Positions 47,034-55,623 of a DNA stretch of 64,000 nt are shown piece after piece. The notes under the pieces are model-generated. The model ran no database searches, had not been told where the DNA came from, and was given only the letters and a program-made list of their open reading frames with translations. Both the position numbers and the translations under genes were made by a program. The stretch comes from Armatimonadota bacterium (GTDB lineage Bacteria; Armatimonadota; Fimbriimonadia; Fimbriimonadales; Fimbriimonadaceae). The first letter of the stretch is position 1; every line of letters begins with the position of its first letter. The stretch is from contig JACRPN010000006.1 of NCBI GenBank assembly GCA_016223145.1, positions 120,211 through 184,210 on the forward strand. Reading direction: 5' to 3'.

Positions 47034-47109
47034 AAAGGGGGAGTGGTAGCCCGGACGGGACTTGAACCCGCGACCTCCGCCTTGAAAGGGCGGCATCCTA
47101 ACCACTAGA
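47034..47109 (-). tRNA. tRNA-Glu (anticodon UUC)
   Basis: Reverse complement reads GGCCCGGTCGTCTAGTGGTTAGGATGCCGCCCTTTCAAGGCGGAGGTCGCGGGTTCAAGTCCCGTCCGGGCTACCA: cloverleaf with 7-bp acceptor, anticodon loop CTTTCAA (UUC), T-loop TTCAAGT, encoded CCA; close to E. coli tRNA-Glu (CGUCUAG...CGCCCUUUCACGGCGG). Confidence 0.8.
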
Positions 47110-47167
47110 CGACCGGGCCAGAAGCTCTGGATTGTGGCCTATTCAGGGCCTTCTCGGCAAGCGGGGC

Positions 47168-47638
47168 CTAATCGATCGACTCGACCCTGTAGCGCTGCGT
47201 GCCCGCCGGCGTTTCCACGTCGGCCTCGTCTCCCACTTCTTTGCCAAGGATCGCGGACCCCAGCGGGGACGTTATCGAGATGAGATTCTTGGCCGGGTCG
47301 GCTTCGTAAGACCCGACGAGGGTCACCTGAAGCTTGTCTCCCCATTCCATGTCCTCGAGAGTGACCACCGAACCCAAGTGCGCCACGTGCTCACTGGCCT
47401 CCGGCCGTTCGACGATCTTCGCGACGAGCAGCATTTTCTCCAGTTCCCCGATGCGCTGTTCGAGGCGGTCTTTGTTGAGCTTGGCTTCATGGTACGCGGC
47501 GTTCTCACGGAGGTCGCCGTGCGATTTGGCCTCGCGGATCGCCTCTGCGATCTCGCGTCGGGCTCGCGATTTCAGATCGTCGAGCTCTTCCTTCAGGCGA
47601 TGATAACCCTCAGGGGTGAGCATTACGGGGTTCGACAT
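47168..47638 (-). CDS. greA: transcription elongation factor GreA
   Basis: MSNPVMLTPEGYHRLKEELDDLK...HGDLRENAAYHEAK coiled-coil N-domain plus FKBP-like C-domain; 156 aa. Confidence 0.85.
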   Translation of the reverse strand: MSNPVMLTPEGYHRLKEELDDLKSRARREIAEAIREAKSHGDLRENAAYHEAKLNKDRLEQRIGELEKMLLVAKIVERPEASEHVAHLGSVVTLEDMEWGDKLQVTLVGSYEADPAKNLISITSPLGSAILGKEVGDEADVETPAGTQRYRVESID

Positions 47639-47713
47639 GGGAAGGTGATTGTAGCACGGGAGGCCTTGCAATGCCCAGGCAAAGAGCTGGAGCAGAGCCT
47701 TGGGGCATGGCCG

Positions 47714-48070
47714 TCAGTCCCCGATCCCTCTACGCCTGTCCGTGGCGCCAGACTGCCAAGCCACTAAGAAATAGGCGCCGCCAATGCCCAGAACAGCCCC
47801 AGATATCCGAAGGGTCTCATCGGGCCAGAAAAAGTGGGCGGCCAAGAAGCAGGTCGCTGCAATCAGGACTGCGCGAGCGATAGGCAACGTCAGGGGTTTT
47901 TGTACTTCACGCCTGAAGCGCTCCCTGAACCCCTCGAAGGTGGGATCGGGAACGGGATTGGGATTCTCTCTGCAAAAGTCGCCGTGAGCCAGCCGGAGGT
48001 TCTCCTGTTGGAGTTCCTCGGTCAACCGAACCAGTTTGCCGTCGCGCCAGGTCAATGGCTGATCGTCCAT
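47714..48070 (-). CDS. small membrane protein (hypothetical)
   Basis: About 118 aa, two C-terminal TM segments; no motif. Confidence 0.35.
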   Translation of the reverse strand: MDDQPLTWRDGKLVRLTEELQQENLRLAHGDFCRENPNPVPDPTFEGFRERFRREVQKPLTLPIARAVLIAATCFLAAHFFWPDETLRISGAVLGIGGAYFLVAWQSGATDRRRGIGD

Positions 48071-48116
48071 GGCTTCACCGTTGCATGGGCGGCGGGGCAC
48101 TGATCATGGGCAAGAC

Positions 48117-49169
48117 CTACAAACCTGCAGGCTTCATCGAGCCGATGCTGATTTGGGCGGCAAGGTTCCCTGCGATCTTGCGAAAGGCATCGGCTTGCGG
48201 CCTATCGGGCCAGGCGATCAAAGAGGGCACTCCCTCATCCGAAGACGAACTGATCGACGGATCGAGCGGGATCGACCCCAAGAACGGCGTGTCCAGCCGA
48301 TGGGCCAGGTCCTCGCCCGAGAGACCCGTGAAGATCGGCGTTTCTTCGCCGCACTTGGGGCAGATGAAGCCCGCCATGTTCTCGACGACGCCCAAGATCG
48401 GCGCTTCGAGCTTGCGGAAGAGCTGGACCGCCTTGCCCGCGATGTTCGCGGCCACGTGGTGAGGGGTTGCGACGATCACGACGCCCGTGAGGGGGGCTAG
48501 CTGGGCCAGCGACATTGGCGCGTCGCCGGTGCCAGGGGGAAGGTCCACCAACAGGTAGTCGAGCTCTCCCCAGTCCACATCCTCCAAAAGCTGCTTTACG
48601 GTTCCGGCGACCATCGGGCCGCGCCAGAGCACAGCTTGGCCCTCTTCGAGGAGGAACCCGAGCGACATCAGCTTGAGCCCGTACTTCTCGATCGGCATGA
48701 TCTTGTTGTTTTGGGTCATCGGGCTCTCGTCGCAGCCGAGCATCAACGGGATGCTGGGACCATAGACGTCGGCATCGAGGAGACCCACCTTGGCGCCCTT
48801 TTCGGCGAGCGCAATGGCAAGGTTGACGGTGACCGTGCTCTTGCCGACACCTCCCTTGCCGCTGGCGATCGCGACGCAGTTCTTGACCCCGGGGATCAGG
48901 TCTTCCTTGCGGACCTCGTGCTTTCGAACCTGGGCGGTCATCTCGATTTCGACCGAGGCGACTCCAGGCAAGGCGCGGACCACGTCCTCAGCCTGCTCTT
49001 TGAGGAGGTCTTTGACCGGGCAAGCGGGGGTGGTCAGTTCGATTTTGAAGACGACGTTGCCACCGTCGACAGAAAGGTCCTTGACGAATCCCAGGGAGAC
49101 GATGTCGCGATGCAGGTCGGGGTCCATCACGGCGCGCAGGGCGTTTAGGACGTCGTCGGTGGTAGGCAT
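48117..49169 (-). CDS. apbC: Mrp/NBP35-family Fe-S cluster carrier ATPase (ApbC) with N-terminal DUF59/MIP18-like domain
   Basis: Deviant Walker A GKGGVGKST; CxxC (GFICPKCGE); N-terminal DVLNALRAVMDPDL...IVSLGFV. Confidence 0.85.
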   Translation of the reverse strand: MPTTDDVLNALRAVMDPDLHRDIVSLGFVKDLSVDGGNVVFKIELTTPACPVKDLLKEQAEDVVRALPGVASVEIEMTAQVRKHEVRKEDLIPGVKNCVAIASGKGGVGKSTVTVNLAIALAEKGAKVGLLDADVYGPSIPLMLGCDESPMTQNNKIMPIEKYGLKLMSLGFLLEEGQAVLWRGPMVAGTVKQLLEDVDWGELDYLLVDLPPGTGDAPMSLAQLAPLTGVVIVATPHHVAANIAGKAVQLFRKLEAPILGVVENMAGFICPKCGEETPIFTGLSGEDLAHRLDTPFLGSIPLDPSISSSSDEGVPSLIAWPDRPQADAFRKIAGNLAAQISIGSMKPAGL

Positions 49170-49191
49170 GGGCTTTGAGGGTACCCGGAGG

Positions 49192-49305
49192 CCCCCTCAC
49201 CCGGTTCGGTGCCCTCACCGGCCTCTCCTACGAGGGGCGAGGCAGTTGCCCCCTCACCCGGTTTGTTGCCCATTCCGGCCTCTTCAACGAGGGGCGGGCC
49301 TCACG
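49192..49305 (+). repeat. tandem pair of ~55-bp palindromic repeat units (CCCCCTCACCCGGTT...CCTCT..ACGAGGGGCG)
   Basis: Unit 1 CCCCCTCACCCGGTTCGGTGCCCTCACCGGCCTCTCCTACGAGGGGCG; unit 2 CCCCCTCACCCGGTTTGTTGCCCATTCCGGCCTCTTCAACGAGGGGCGGG; the termini (CCCCTC / GAGGGG) can pair; same core as the 21.9/32.6/34.1 kb elements. Confidence 0.7.
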
Positions 49306-49357
49306 CTGATGGGGAGCTGAGACTCTATATGCCAAACTCCCTCAAGAGGCTCCAACC

Positions 49358-51904
49358 ATGCTCACACTCCTCGCCACCCTCGCTCTTGCCCCAGAAGCCC
49401 TCGCCCAGCAAAGCGCGCCTCAGATGCTCCCGGTGGGCAAGTTGATCCAGCCCGCCGGCAGGCACGTCGGCGTGGGCAGCTACCCGGTCAACATGGCCGC
49501 CACTCCCGACGGCGAGAAGGTCGTGGTCACCGACATCGGCTTTCGACAGGCGCTGACCGTGCTCAGCAAGGACGGCAAGCTGCTGAGCCGGATCGAGGTG
49601 AACAAAGAGGTCGGCAATGACAAGGAAGGGCTCTACTACGGCCTCGCCTTCCGCCCGCCTGCGCCAAACGTCCGCATGTCGGGCCATGCGCTGTATGCCT
49701 CGCGCGGAGCGGAAGACAAGATCGCGCCCTATATCATCGACTCCAAGGGGACCATCCGAGCCGTCGAGGGCACGATTGCCAACCCTTCGGGCGACAAGGA
49801 CCTCCCCAACCACCCCGCAGGAATCGCCTTTAGCTCGGATGGCTCGCGCCTCTATGTCGCCAACAACCAGACCGGACTGCCCACGAACTTCGTGGGCTCC
49901 GTCTCCGTGATCTCGATGGCCGATGGCGGAGAAGAGAAGCGCATCCTCACGCGCGGCTTTCCCTTTGCGCTGGCGGCCATCACCAAGGGCGCGGCCAAGG
50001 ACAAGAAGGTTTATGTCGCCAGCGAGCGCGACGGGCTCGTGGAGTCGCTGGACGTCGAGAAGGCGGAGGTCAAGCGGCAGATCGTGACCGGCGCGCAGCC
50101 CGAAGGCCTCCTGCTCAACGAGAGCCAAAGCCGCCTCTACGTCGCAAACGCCGGCAGCGACACCGTCAGCGTGGTGGACACGAGCACCGACAAGGTGCTG
50201 GCGACCATCCTGCTTCGGCCCACCGAACTGCGCGGTCTCCCCGGCGTCGCGCCGACGGGCATGGCGCTCTCGCCGGACCAGAAGACGCTTTACGTCGCGA
50301 TGGGCGACATGAACGCGGTGGGGGTGGTCGACCTCGACAAGAACGCGCTGGTCGGCATGATCCCGACAGGTTGGCTGCCCACGAGTTTGGTGGCCTACAA
50401 GGACCACCTCTTGGTGGCCTGCGCCAAGGGCGTGAGGGCCATGAATCCAAACGGCAAGCCCGTGGGGAAGTGGGGCCAATACATCCAGGACATCATCGAG
50501 GGCTCGGTCTCCAATATCCCGCTAGGCAACCCCAAGCAGCTTGAGCAATGGACCCGGACGGTGGTCAAGTGCAACCGCTTGCGCCCAGGGCTGGAATCGG
50601 CAAGTCACCCCACCTTCGCAAACCCGGGCATCCAGCACGTGATCTATGTGATCAAGGAGAACCGGACCTACGACAACGTGCTCGGAGACCTGAAGCAGGG
50701 CAACGGCGACCCCAGCATCTGCCTGTTCCCGCGCAAGGTGACCCCCAACCAGCACGCGCTCGCGGAGCGGTTCGTGCTGCTGGACAACTTCTACGTCTGT
50801 GCAGAGGTCAGCCAGGACGGATGGATGTGGTCCACCTGCGGGATGGTCAGCCCCTATGCCAGCCGCAATACGCCCTATAACTATAGCGGCCGCGGGAGGA
50901 ACTACGACACCGAGGGATCGAACAACAACGTGCCGATCGACCTTCTGGGCATCGCAGACGTGGCCCGTCCCGCCAGCGGCTACATCTGGGACCACTGCGG
51001 CAAGTTCAACGTCACGTTCCGCAATTACGGGTTCTTCACGACCTTCCTGGACCCCAAGGACAAACGCTACGACGCCTTGAGCCCGGAAGGGGATAACTTC
51101 CCGACGAAGAAGGCGCTCCTGGGCTCGACGGACGTGGACTTCCGGCGCTATGACCTGAACTATGCCGACAGCGAGGCTTGGGTGAAGTACGACAGCCCGT
51201 TTCCGAAGCAGGTCAAGAGGATGGGCCGATACGACATGCCGAGCCGGTTCTCGGAGTGGTACCGCGAGTTCAAGGAGTTCGAAGCACAGGGCAGAATGCC
51301 GAGGTTCCAGATGATCCGCTTCCCGGTGGACCACACCGCCGGCACCAGCGCGGGCATGCCCACGCCTGAGGCAATGGTCGCGGACAACGACTACGCCGTT
51401 GGGCAGCTTGTGGAGGCCGTCTCGAAGAGCCAATTCTGGGAGTCGACGGTGGTCTGCATCCTGGAAGACGACGCCCAGGCCGGATACGACCACGTTGACG
51501 CGCACCGTTCGACGGCCTATCTGATCAGCCCGTACATCAAGAAGGCAACGGTAGACCACCGGTTCTACAACACCGACTCGATGCTGCGGACGATGGAACT
51601 GCTGCTCGGCATGCCGCCGATGTGCCAATACGACGCGGTCGCCGACCCGATTGACGTGTTCGGGAGAGACCTAACGAACTTAGAGCCGTTCGCAGCGATC
51701 CTGCCGGCGAAGGAGATCGTGACGGCGGTCAACAAGAAGACGGCCTATCGTCAGAAGGACAGCGCGAAGATCAGCCGCTGGGCGGAGGAGTCGGCGATCG
51801 ACGAGGACCTCAACGACATCCTTTGGGGCGCGATCAAGGGAGCAAGAACGCCGAGGCCGAGGGTGGTGAGGTCGCTTGGGTACAGGGCAGGAAGGGAAGA
51901 CTAG
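49358..51904 (+). CDS. secreted two-domain protein: N-terminal YVTN-type beta-propeller + C-terminal phosphoesterase-family (phospholipase C / acid phosphatase AcpA-like) domain
   Basis: Signal peptide MLTLLATLALAPEALA; repeats like LYVANAGSDTVSVVD (YVTN beta-propeller); HVIYVIKENRTYDNVLGDL matches the phosphoesterase-family signature; 848 aa. Confidence 0.65.
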   Translation: MLTLLATLALAPEALAQQSAPQMLPVGKLIQPAGRHVGVGSYPVNMAATPDGEKVVVTDIGFRQALTVLSKDGKLLSRIEVNKEVGNDKEGLYYGLAFRPPAPNVRMSGHALYASRGAEDKIAPYIIDSKGTIRAVEGTIANPSGDKDLPNHPAGIAFSSDGSRLYVANNQTGLPTNFVGSVSVISMADGGEEKRILTRGFPFALAAITKGAAKDKKVYVASERDGLVESLDVEKAEVKRQIVTGAQPEGLLLNESQSRLYVANAGSDTVSVVDTSTDKVLATILLRPTELRGLPGVAPTGMALSPDQKTLYVAMGDMNAVGVVDLDKNALVGMIPTGWLPTSLVAYKDHLLVACAKGVRAMNPNGKPVGKWGQYIQDIIEGSVSNIPLGNPKQLEQWTRTVVKCNRLRPGLESASHPTFANPGIQHVIYVIKENRTYDNVLGDLKQGNGDPSICLFPRKVTPNQHALAERFVLLDNFYVCAEVSQDGWMWSTCGMVSPYASRNTPYNYSGRGRNYDTEGSNNNVPIDLLGIADVARPASGYIWDHCGKFNVTFRNYGFFTTFLDPKDKRYDALSPEGDNFPTKKALLGSTDVDFRRYDLNYADSEAWVKYDSPFPKQVKRMGRYDMPSRFSEWYREFKEFEAQGRMPRFQMIRFPVDHTAGTSAGMPTPEAMVADNDYAVGQLVEAVSKSQFWESTVVCILEDDAQAGYDHVDAHRSTAYLISPYIKKATVDHRFYNTDSMLRTMELLLGMPPMCQYDAVADPIDVFGRDLTNLEPFAAILPAKEIVTAVNKKTAYRQKDSAKISRWAEESAIDEDLNDILWGAIKGARTPRPRVVRSLGYRAGRED

Positions 51905-51939
51905 GCGGAGTGAGTAGAATCTCACTTTGAGAAGCGAAA

Positions 51940-52740
51940 GTGTCAAGTCTCGTCCATGAGATTGCCTACAGAAACAAACGTCGAATGGCGCTTGCGACAG
52001 CGAGTCTAATTGCTCTGCCGATTTTGTGCGCTTGGGTTTCCGGGAATGCCAGCTACATCTTGTATGGGTTGTTCCTGCCCGCCTTCTTCGTTATTTGGAT
52101 GCGGCTTGTCGGCGGCAAGAGCCAGTTTGTACCGCTGGAGCCTGATACTGAGGCTGCTTTGGCCAGAGCCAGTGCAAGCGCTGGGGTCATGGGTGTCAAG
52201 TTCCACAAAATGGAATCCGGCGACAACTGCAACTATCCTCGACCGCTTGTTGTCGGGGCTTCTGTTTCCCTATCCCGTAGAGTCCTGCGGGAATGGTCCC
52301 ATCCAGCTATTGTGTGGATGGTCCGAGCTGAGTCTCTCGCAGAAAAGCGGTTTGCGCGGTACGTCGAGCGTTGGATCTTGGCAAGTGCGGTCCTTGGGTT
52401 ACTCCTGATGAGCTATCTTGAGAGGCTGCACGTGGAGCGCCTTTTCATAGCTGCTCCTGTCGCCCTGATTCTCGGTGTGGTCGCGCTTGCAAGCTATTTC
52501 AGCCAAAGGTTCCAATTAGCTTCAGACCTGGAGTGTTGCTCAACAGAACACGATTTTTCAGCCGCCAAAGAGGCGCTCTCTACCTCTTTCTTCGCTCAAT
52601 CTGAATACACTTTCTCGAACCGCTGGCTCTATTCTAGGCGAGAGCTTTCGAAGCGAGCCAGGAATCTGGGGATCACGCTTGAGAAGGGTTTCAAAGTGGG
52701 TAATGTCCCTGGCCAAAGCGATAGCGATACAAAAGAGTAG
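51940..52740 (+). CDS. membrane protein (hypothetical), lower-GC gene
   Basis: 266 aa, about 5 TM helices; local GC about 50% versus about 63% in flanks. Confidence 0.4.
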   Translation: MSSLVHEIAYRNKRRMALATASLIALPILCAWVSGNASYILYGLFLPAFFVIWMRLVGGKSQFVPLEPDTEAALARASASAGVMGVKFHKMESGDNCNYPRPLVVGASVSLSRRVLREWSHPAIVWMVRAESLAEKRFARYVERWILASAVLGLLLMSYLERLHVERLFIAAPVALILGVVALASYFSQRFQLASDLECCSTEHDFSAAKEALSTSFFAQSEYTFSNRWLYSRRELSKRARNLGITLEKGFKVGNVPGQSDSDTKE

Positions 52741-52807
52741 ACATTCGTTACCTCTCCGGTCCATACTGTTCCGAACAACCGGGCGGGGAGCCCGCGGGGT
52801 GATACCA

Positions 52808-53326
52808 ATGCGAAAACTAGTGACGATTTTTACCGCCGTGGCCGTGTGCGCCTCGGCGATGGCGTTCGACGAGTCGGCCGACTTCGGCAAGTTCCTCAAG
52901 GGGTTCATGCCGAAGCTTGAGAAGGCGTTTGCGAAGATGGATGTCAAGTTCTTTGAGGACTGGACGACCGACGACTTCACCGAGACCATGATGGGCCGCA
53001 CCTCGACCAAGAAAGAGTCGATGGCGAACATGCGGATGCAGCTCATGGCGACCAAATCCATGACCGCCAAATTCAAGGTGCTCTCCTCCAAAGCTGCCAA
53101 GGGCACAGGGATCTCGATGACCCATGGTGTGATCGCGATGTTCACCAAGCCGACCGAGCAGGACAAGGTCTCTCACAAGTGGGAGATGGAAGTCTGGGAG
53201 AAGCAGACCTGGGCTAAAGTGGGCAACGTTTGGAAGCTGAAGAGGCTGGAAGAAGCCAAGCCGCTGAAGATGAAGGTGGATGGCAAGGCCATTGACCCGA
53301 AGCAGGCGATGGGCGGCGGCGGGTAG
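52808..53326 (+). CDS. secreted hypothetical protein (possible NTF2/SnoaL-like fold)
   Basis: Signal peptide MRKLVTIFTAVAVCASAMA; Lys/Met-rich; no catalytic motif. Confidence 0.4.
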   Translation: MRKLVTIFTAVAVCASAMAFDESADFGKFLKGFMPKLEKAFAKMDVKFFEDWTTDDFTETMMGRTSTKKESMANMRMQLMATKSMTAKFKVLSSKAAKGTGISMTHGVIAMFTKPTEQDKVSHKWEMEVWEKQTWAKVGNVWKLKRLEEAKPLKMKVDGKAIDPKQAMGGGG

Positions 53327-53396
53327 TCCAGCGGCAAGCAAGACGAAATGGCCCCCACGGCGTCGCCGTGGGGGCCATTTCTGTGTGAATCGGCCG

Positions 53397-54734
53397 CTAG
53401 GCTAGCTCCAACGCCGCCTCCAGATCAGCCAAGACGTCGCGGACGTCCTCGATGCCGAGGCTCATTCGGATGCCACCAGGTGAGATTCCTGCCGCGAGCT
53501 GGGCATCGGGCGGGATCGTGCTGTGCGTCATCGAGGCCGGATGCTCGATTAGCGTTCGAATCTGCCCCAGCGACACAGCGAGCGTGATCGAGAGCGATGA
53601 CGAGGCGATTTGGTTGATCACCTTGACCGCCTTGGCATACGACTCCGACGGTTCTCCCTCCATCTCGAAGTAGAGCATCGAGCCGGGCGCGAAGTTGCCG
53701 TCGATGTCGCGCATCTGCTGGCAGGCGAGCTCCCGCTGTGGGAAGCTGTCCAGCCCGGGATACAGGACCTTGGCGACCTTAGGGTGCAGGTCCAGGAACT
53801 CGGCGACGCGCATCGCGTTCTGCTGCTGGCGCTCAACCCGCAGCGAGAGCGTGGGGACTCCATAAGTGAGGATGGTCCACGCCACTTTCGGCGAAAGCGA
53901 ACCGCCGAAGTCCTTGCGAAAGAGGAGCAGGTCAGTCTCTGCGGCCCGCGGGCCGATGACCGCGCCGCCCATGTCCGCGCCAAAGCCACCCAGGTTCTTC
54001 GTGAGCGAATGGACCACGAAGTCAACGCCCATCGTGAGCGGGCGCTGGCAGAAGGGAGTGGCAAACGTGTTGTCGACGATCGTTCGAATGCACTTACCGT
54101 CTTCGCGCTTCTTGTTCGCTTCTTGAACCAGATCGACCACCGCGCGAATGTCAATGAGGTCAAGGGTGGGGTTGCATGGCGATTCGAAATAAGCCACTCG
54201 AGTCTCGGGCCGGATCGCCTTCTTGACGGCCGATAGGTCGCGGAAATCCACCAGGGTGTGCGAGATGCCGAACCGCTCGAGCCAGTTCGTGATGAAGCTG
54301 TAGGTGCAGCCATAGAGCGTGTGGTGGGCCAGAACGTGATCGCCTGCCCTCACATGGATGCCGATGGCCGCGCTGATCGCGGCCATGCCCGTAGCGAAGG
54401 AGACGGCGGTTTCGCCCTTTTCAGCGAATGCAAGCGTTTCCTCGAGCAGACCCTGCCCCGGCTCATCCAGGCGGTCATAGATGTAGATCGGCCGAATGGT
54501 GTGGCGGTCGAGTTCGGGGTTGGCGAACTGCTGGAACGCTTGCGCGCCGCGCTCTGCCGACCTGAGCCGGAACGCGACCGAAGTCGTGATCGGGGGCAGA
54601 ATGTGGTCCTCAAAATCCCACTTGGAGGACGTGAACTTGCCGTGGATGAGCACGGATCGGTCCCGGTAGGGCTGGTGATGATTGACGTTGGAAGGCGGCA
54701 TGGGGCCGCCGTTTGGTTTGGGTTTCTCTGCCAT
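53397..54734 (-). CDS. Cys/Met-metabolism PLP-dependent enzyme (O-acetylhomoserine sulfhydrylase / methionine gamma-lyase family)
   Basis: PLP-Lys motif HSLTKNLGGFGADMGG and the fold-type I trans-sulfuration core; 445 aa. Confidence 0.8.
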   Translation of the reverse strand: MAEKPKPNGGPMPPSNVNHHQPYRDRSVLIHGKFTSSKWDFEDHILPPITTSVAFRLRSAERGAQAFQQFANPELDRHTIRPIYIYDRLDEPGQGLLEETLAFAEKGETAVSFATGMAAISAAIGIHVRAGDHVLAHHTLYGCTYSFITNWLERFGISHTLVDFRDLSAVKKAIRPETRVAYFESPCNPTLDLIDIRAVVDLVQEANKKREDGKCIRTIVDNTFATPFCQRPLTMGVDFVVHSLTKNLGGFGADMGGAVIGPRAAETDLLLFRKDFGGSLSPKVAWTILTYGVPTLSLRVERQQQNAMRVAEFLDLHPKVAKVLYPGLDSFPQRELACQQMRDIDGNFAPGSMLYFEMEGEPSESYAKAVKVINQIASSSLSITLAVSLGQIRTLIEHPASMTHSTIPPDAQLAAGISPGGIRMSLGIEDVRDVLADLEAALELA

Positions 54735-54961
54735 GTTTTGGCCTCCTCACTTCGTCGTGATTCGAGGCCGGCGCAGCCCGAGCTCCGGGCCCGCTCTATG
54801 GGCCGATACGCTAATGATTATGGCAGGAAGCGTATGGGAGAGGAGGTCCGAGGTGCGTGGTGCGTGGCAAGTGGGACGTGAACCGATCAGCAAAAGAAAG
54901 GACCGGAGAGCAGGGCCCACGCAGATGAGCGCCCCAAAAGGAGAGAGGCGATCTTGAGCCC

Positions 54962-55213
54962 CTAGGCCTGCTCGGTATTCTGAATGCCGTATTTGCGCAT
55001 AAAGCGCTCGACGCGGCCGGCCGTGTCGACCAGCTTCTTCTGGCCCGTGTAGAAGGGGTGCGTGAAGGCGCTGATTTCGCAGTTCACCACATAGTATGTG
55101 ACGCCGTCGACCTCTCGGGTCTGGTTGGTCTTCATGGTGGAAGTGCCCTTCCATTCGTGGTCGCCGTCCACGAAGATGACCGGATGGAGAGTCGGATGGA
55201 TGCTTGCCTTCAT
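54962..55213 (-). CDS. rpmE: 50S ribosomal protein L31
   Basis: MKASIHPTLHPVIFVDG...HPFYTGQKKLVDTAGRVERFMRKYG; 83 aa; the ORF-track extension to 55444 is an upstream in-frame read-through. Confidence 0.8.
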   Translation of the reverse strand: MKASIHPTLHPVIFVDGDHEWKGTSTMKTNQTREVDGVTYYVVNCEISAFTHPFYTGQKKLVDTAGRVERFMRKYGIQNTEQA

Positions 55214-55371
55214 GCGAATACCCTGGCGCCGTTGGCGCGGACTCGTATTGTGGCATATCTGCCAAAGCGGAGGCAAGTTCGGCCAGTGCACGCCGACTTT
55301 GGCCGCTCTCGTACGTCTCTGAAGAGTGCGTGTGTGGTCCAATCCACACTCTTTGGGGTAGTTTAGACTGG

Positions 55372-55623
55372 ATGGCAGCAGTGGCCGAAACGTTGCGATT
55401 TCAAGATGTGAAACAGGGCATGAGGGCTCGCGTGGTTTCTGCAACGTGCGAGAGCCCCGACTGCAGGCGGCTTCAGGAAATGGGCCTGACCCAAGGCGCT
55501 GAATTCACAGTGCTCAAGGTCGCGCCGCTGGGAGACCCCATCGAGATTCTGCTCCGCGGCTATCGGCTCTGCTTGCGTCGAAATGAGACGCATGGCGTCG
55601 TCGTCGAAGTGCTGGAGTTCTAG
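55372..55623 (+). CDS. feoA: ferrous iron transport protein A
   Basis: SH3-like FeoA pattern (LRFQDVKQGMRARVVSATCE...GLTQGAEFTVLKVAPLGDPIEILLRGYRLCLRRNE); 83 aa; stop abuts the feoB start. Confidence 0.75.
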   Translation: MAAVAETLRFQDVKQGMRARVVSATCESPDCRRLQEMGLTQGAEFTVLKVAPLGDPIEILLRGYRLCLRRNETHGVVVEVLEF

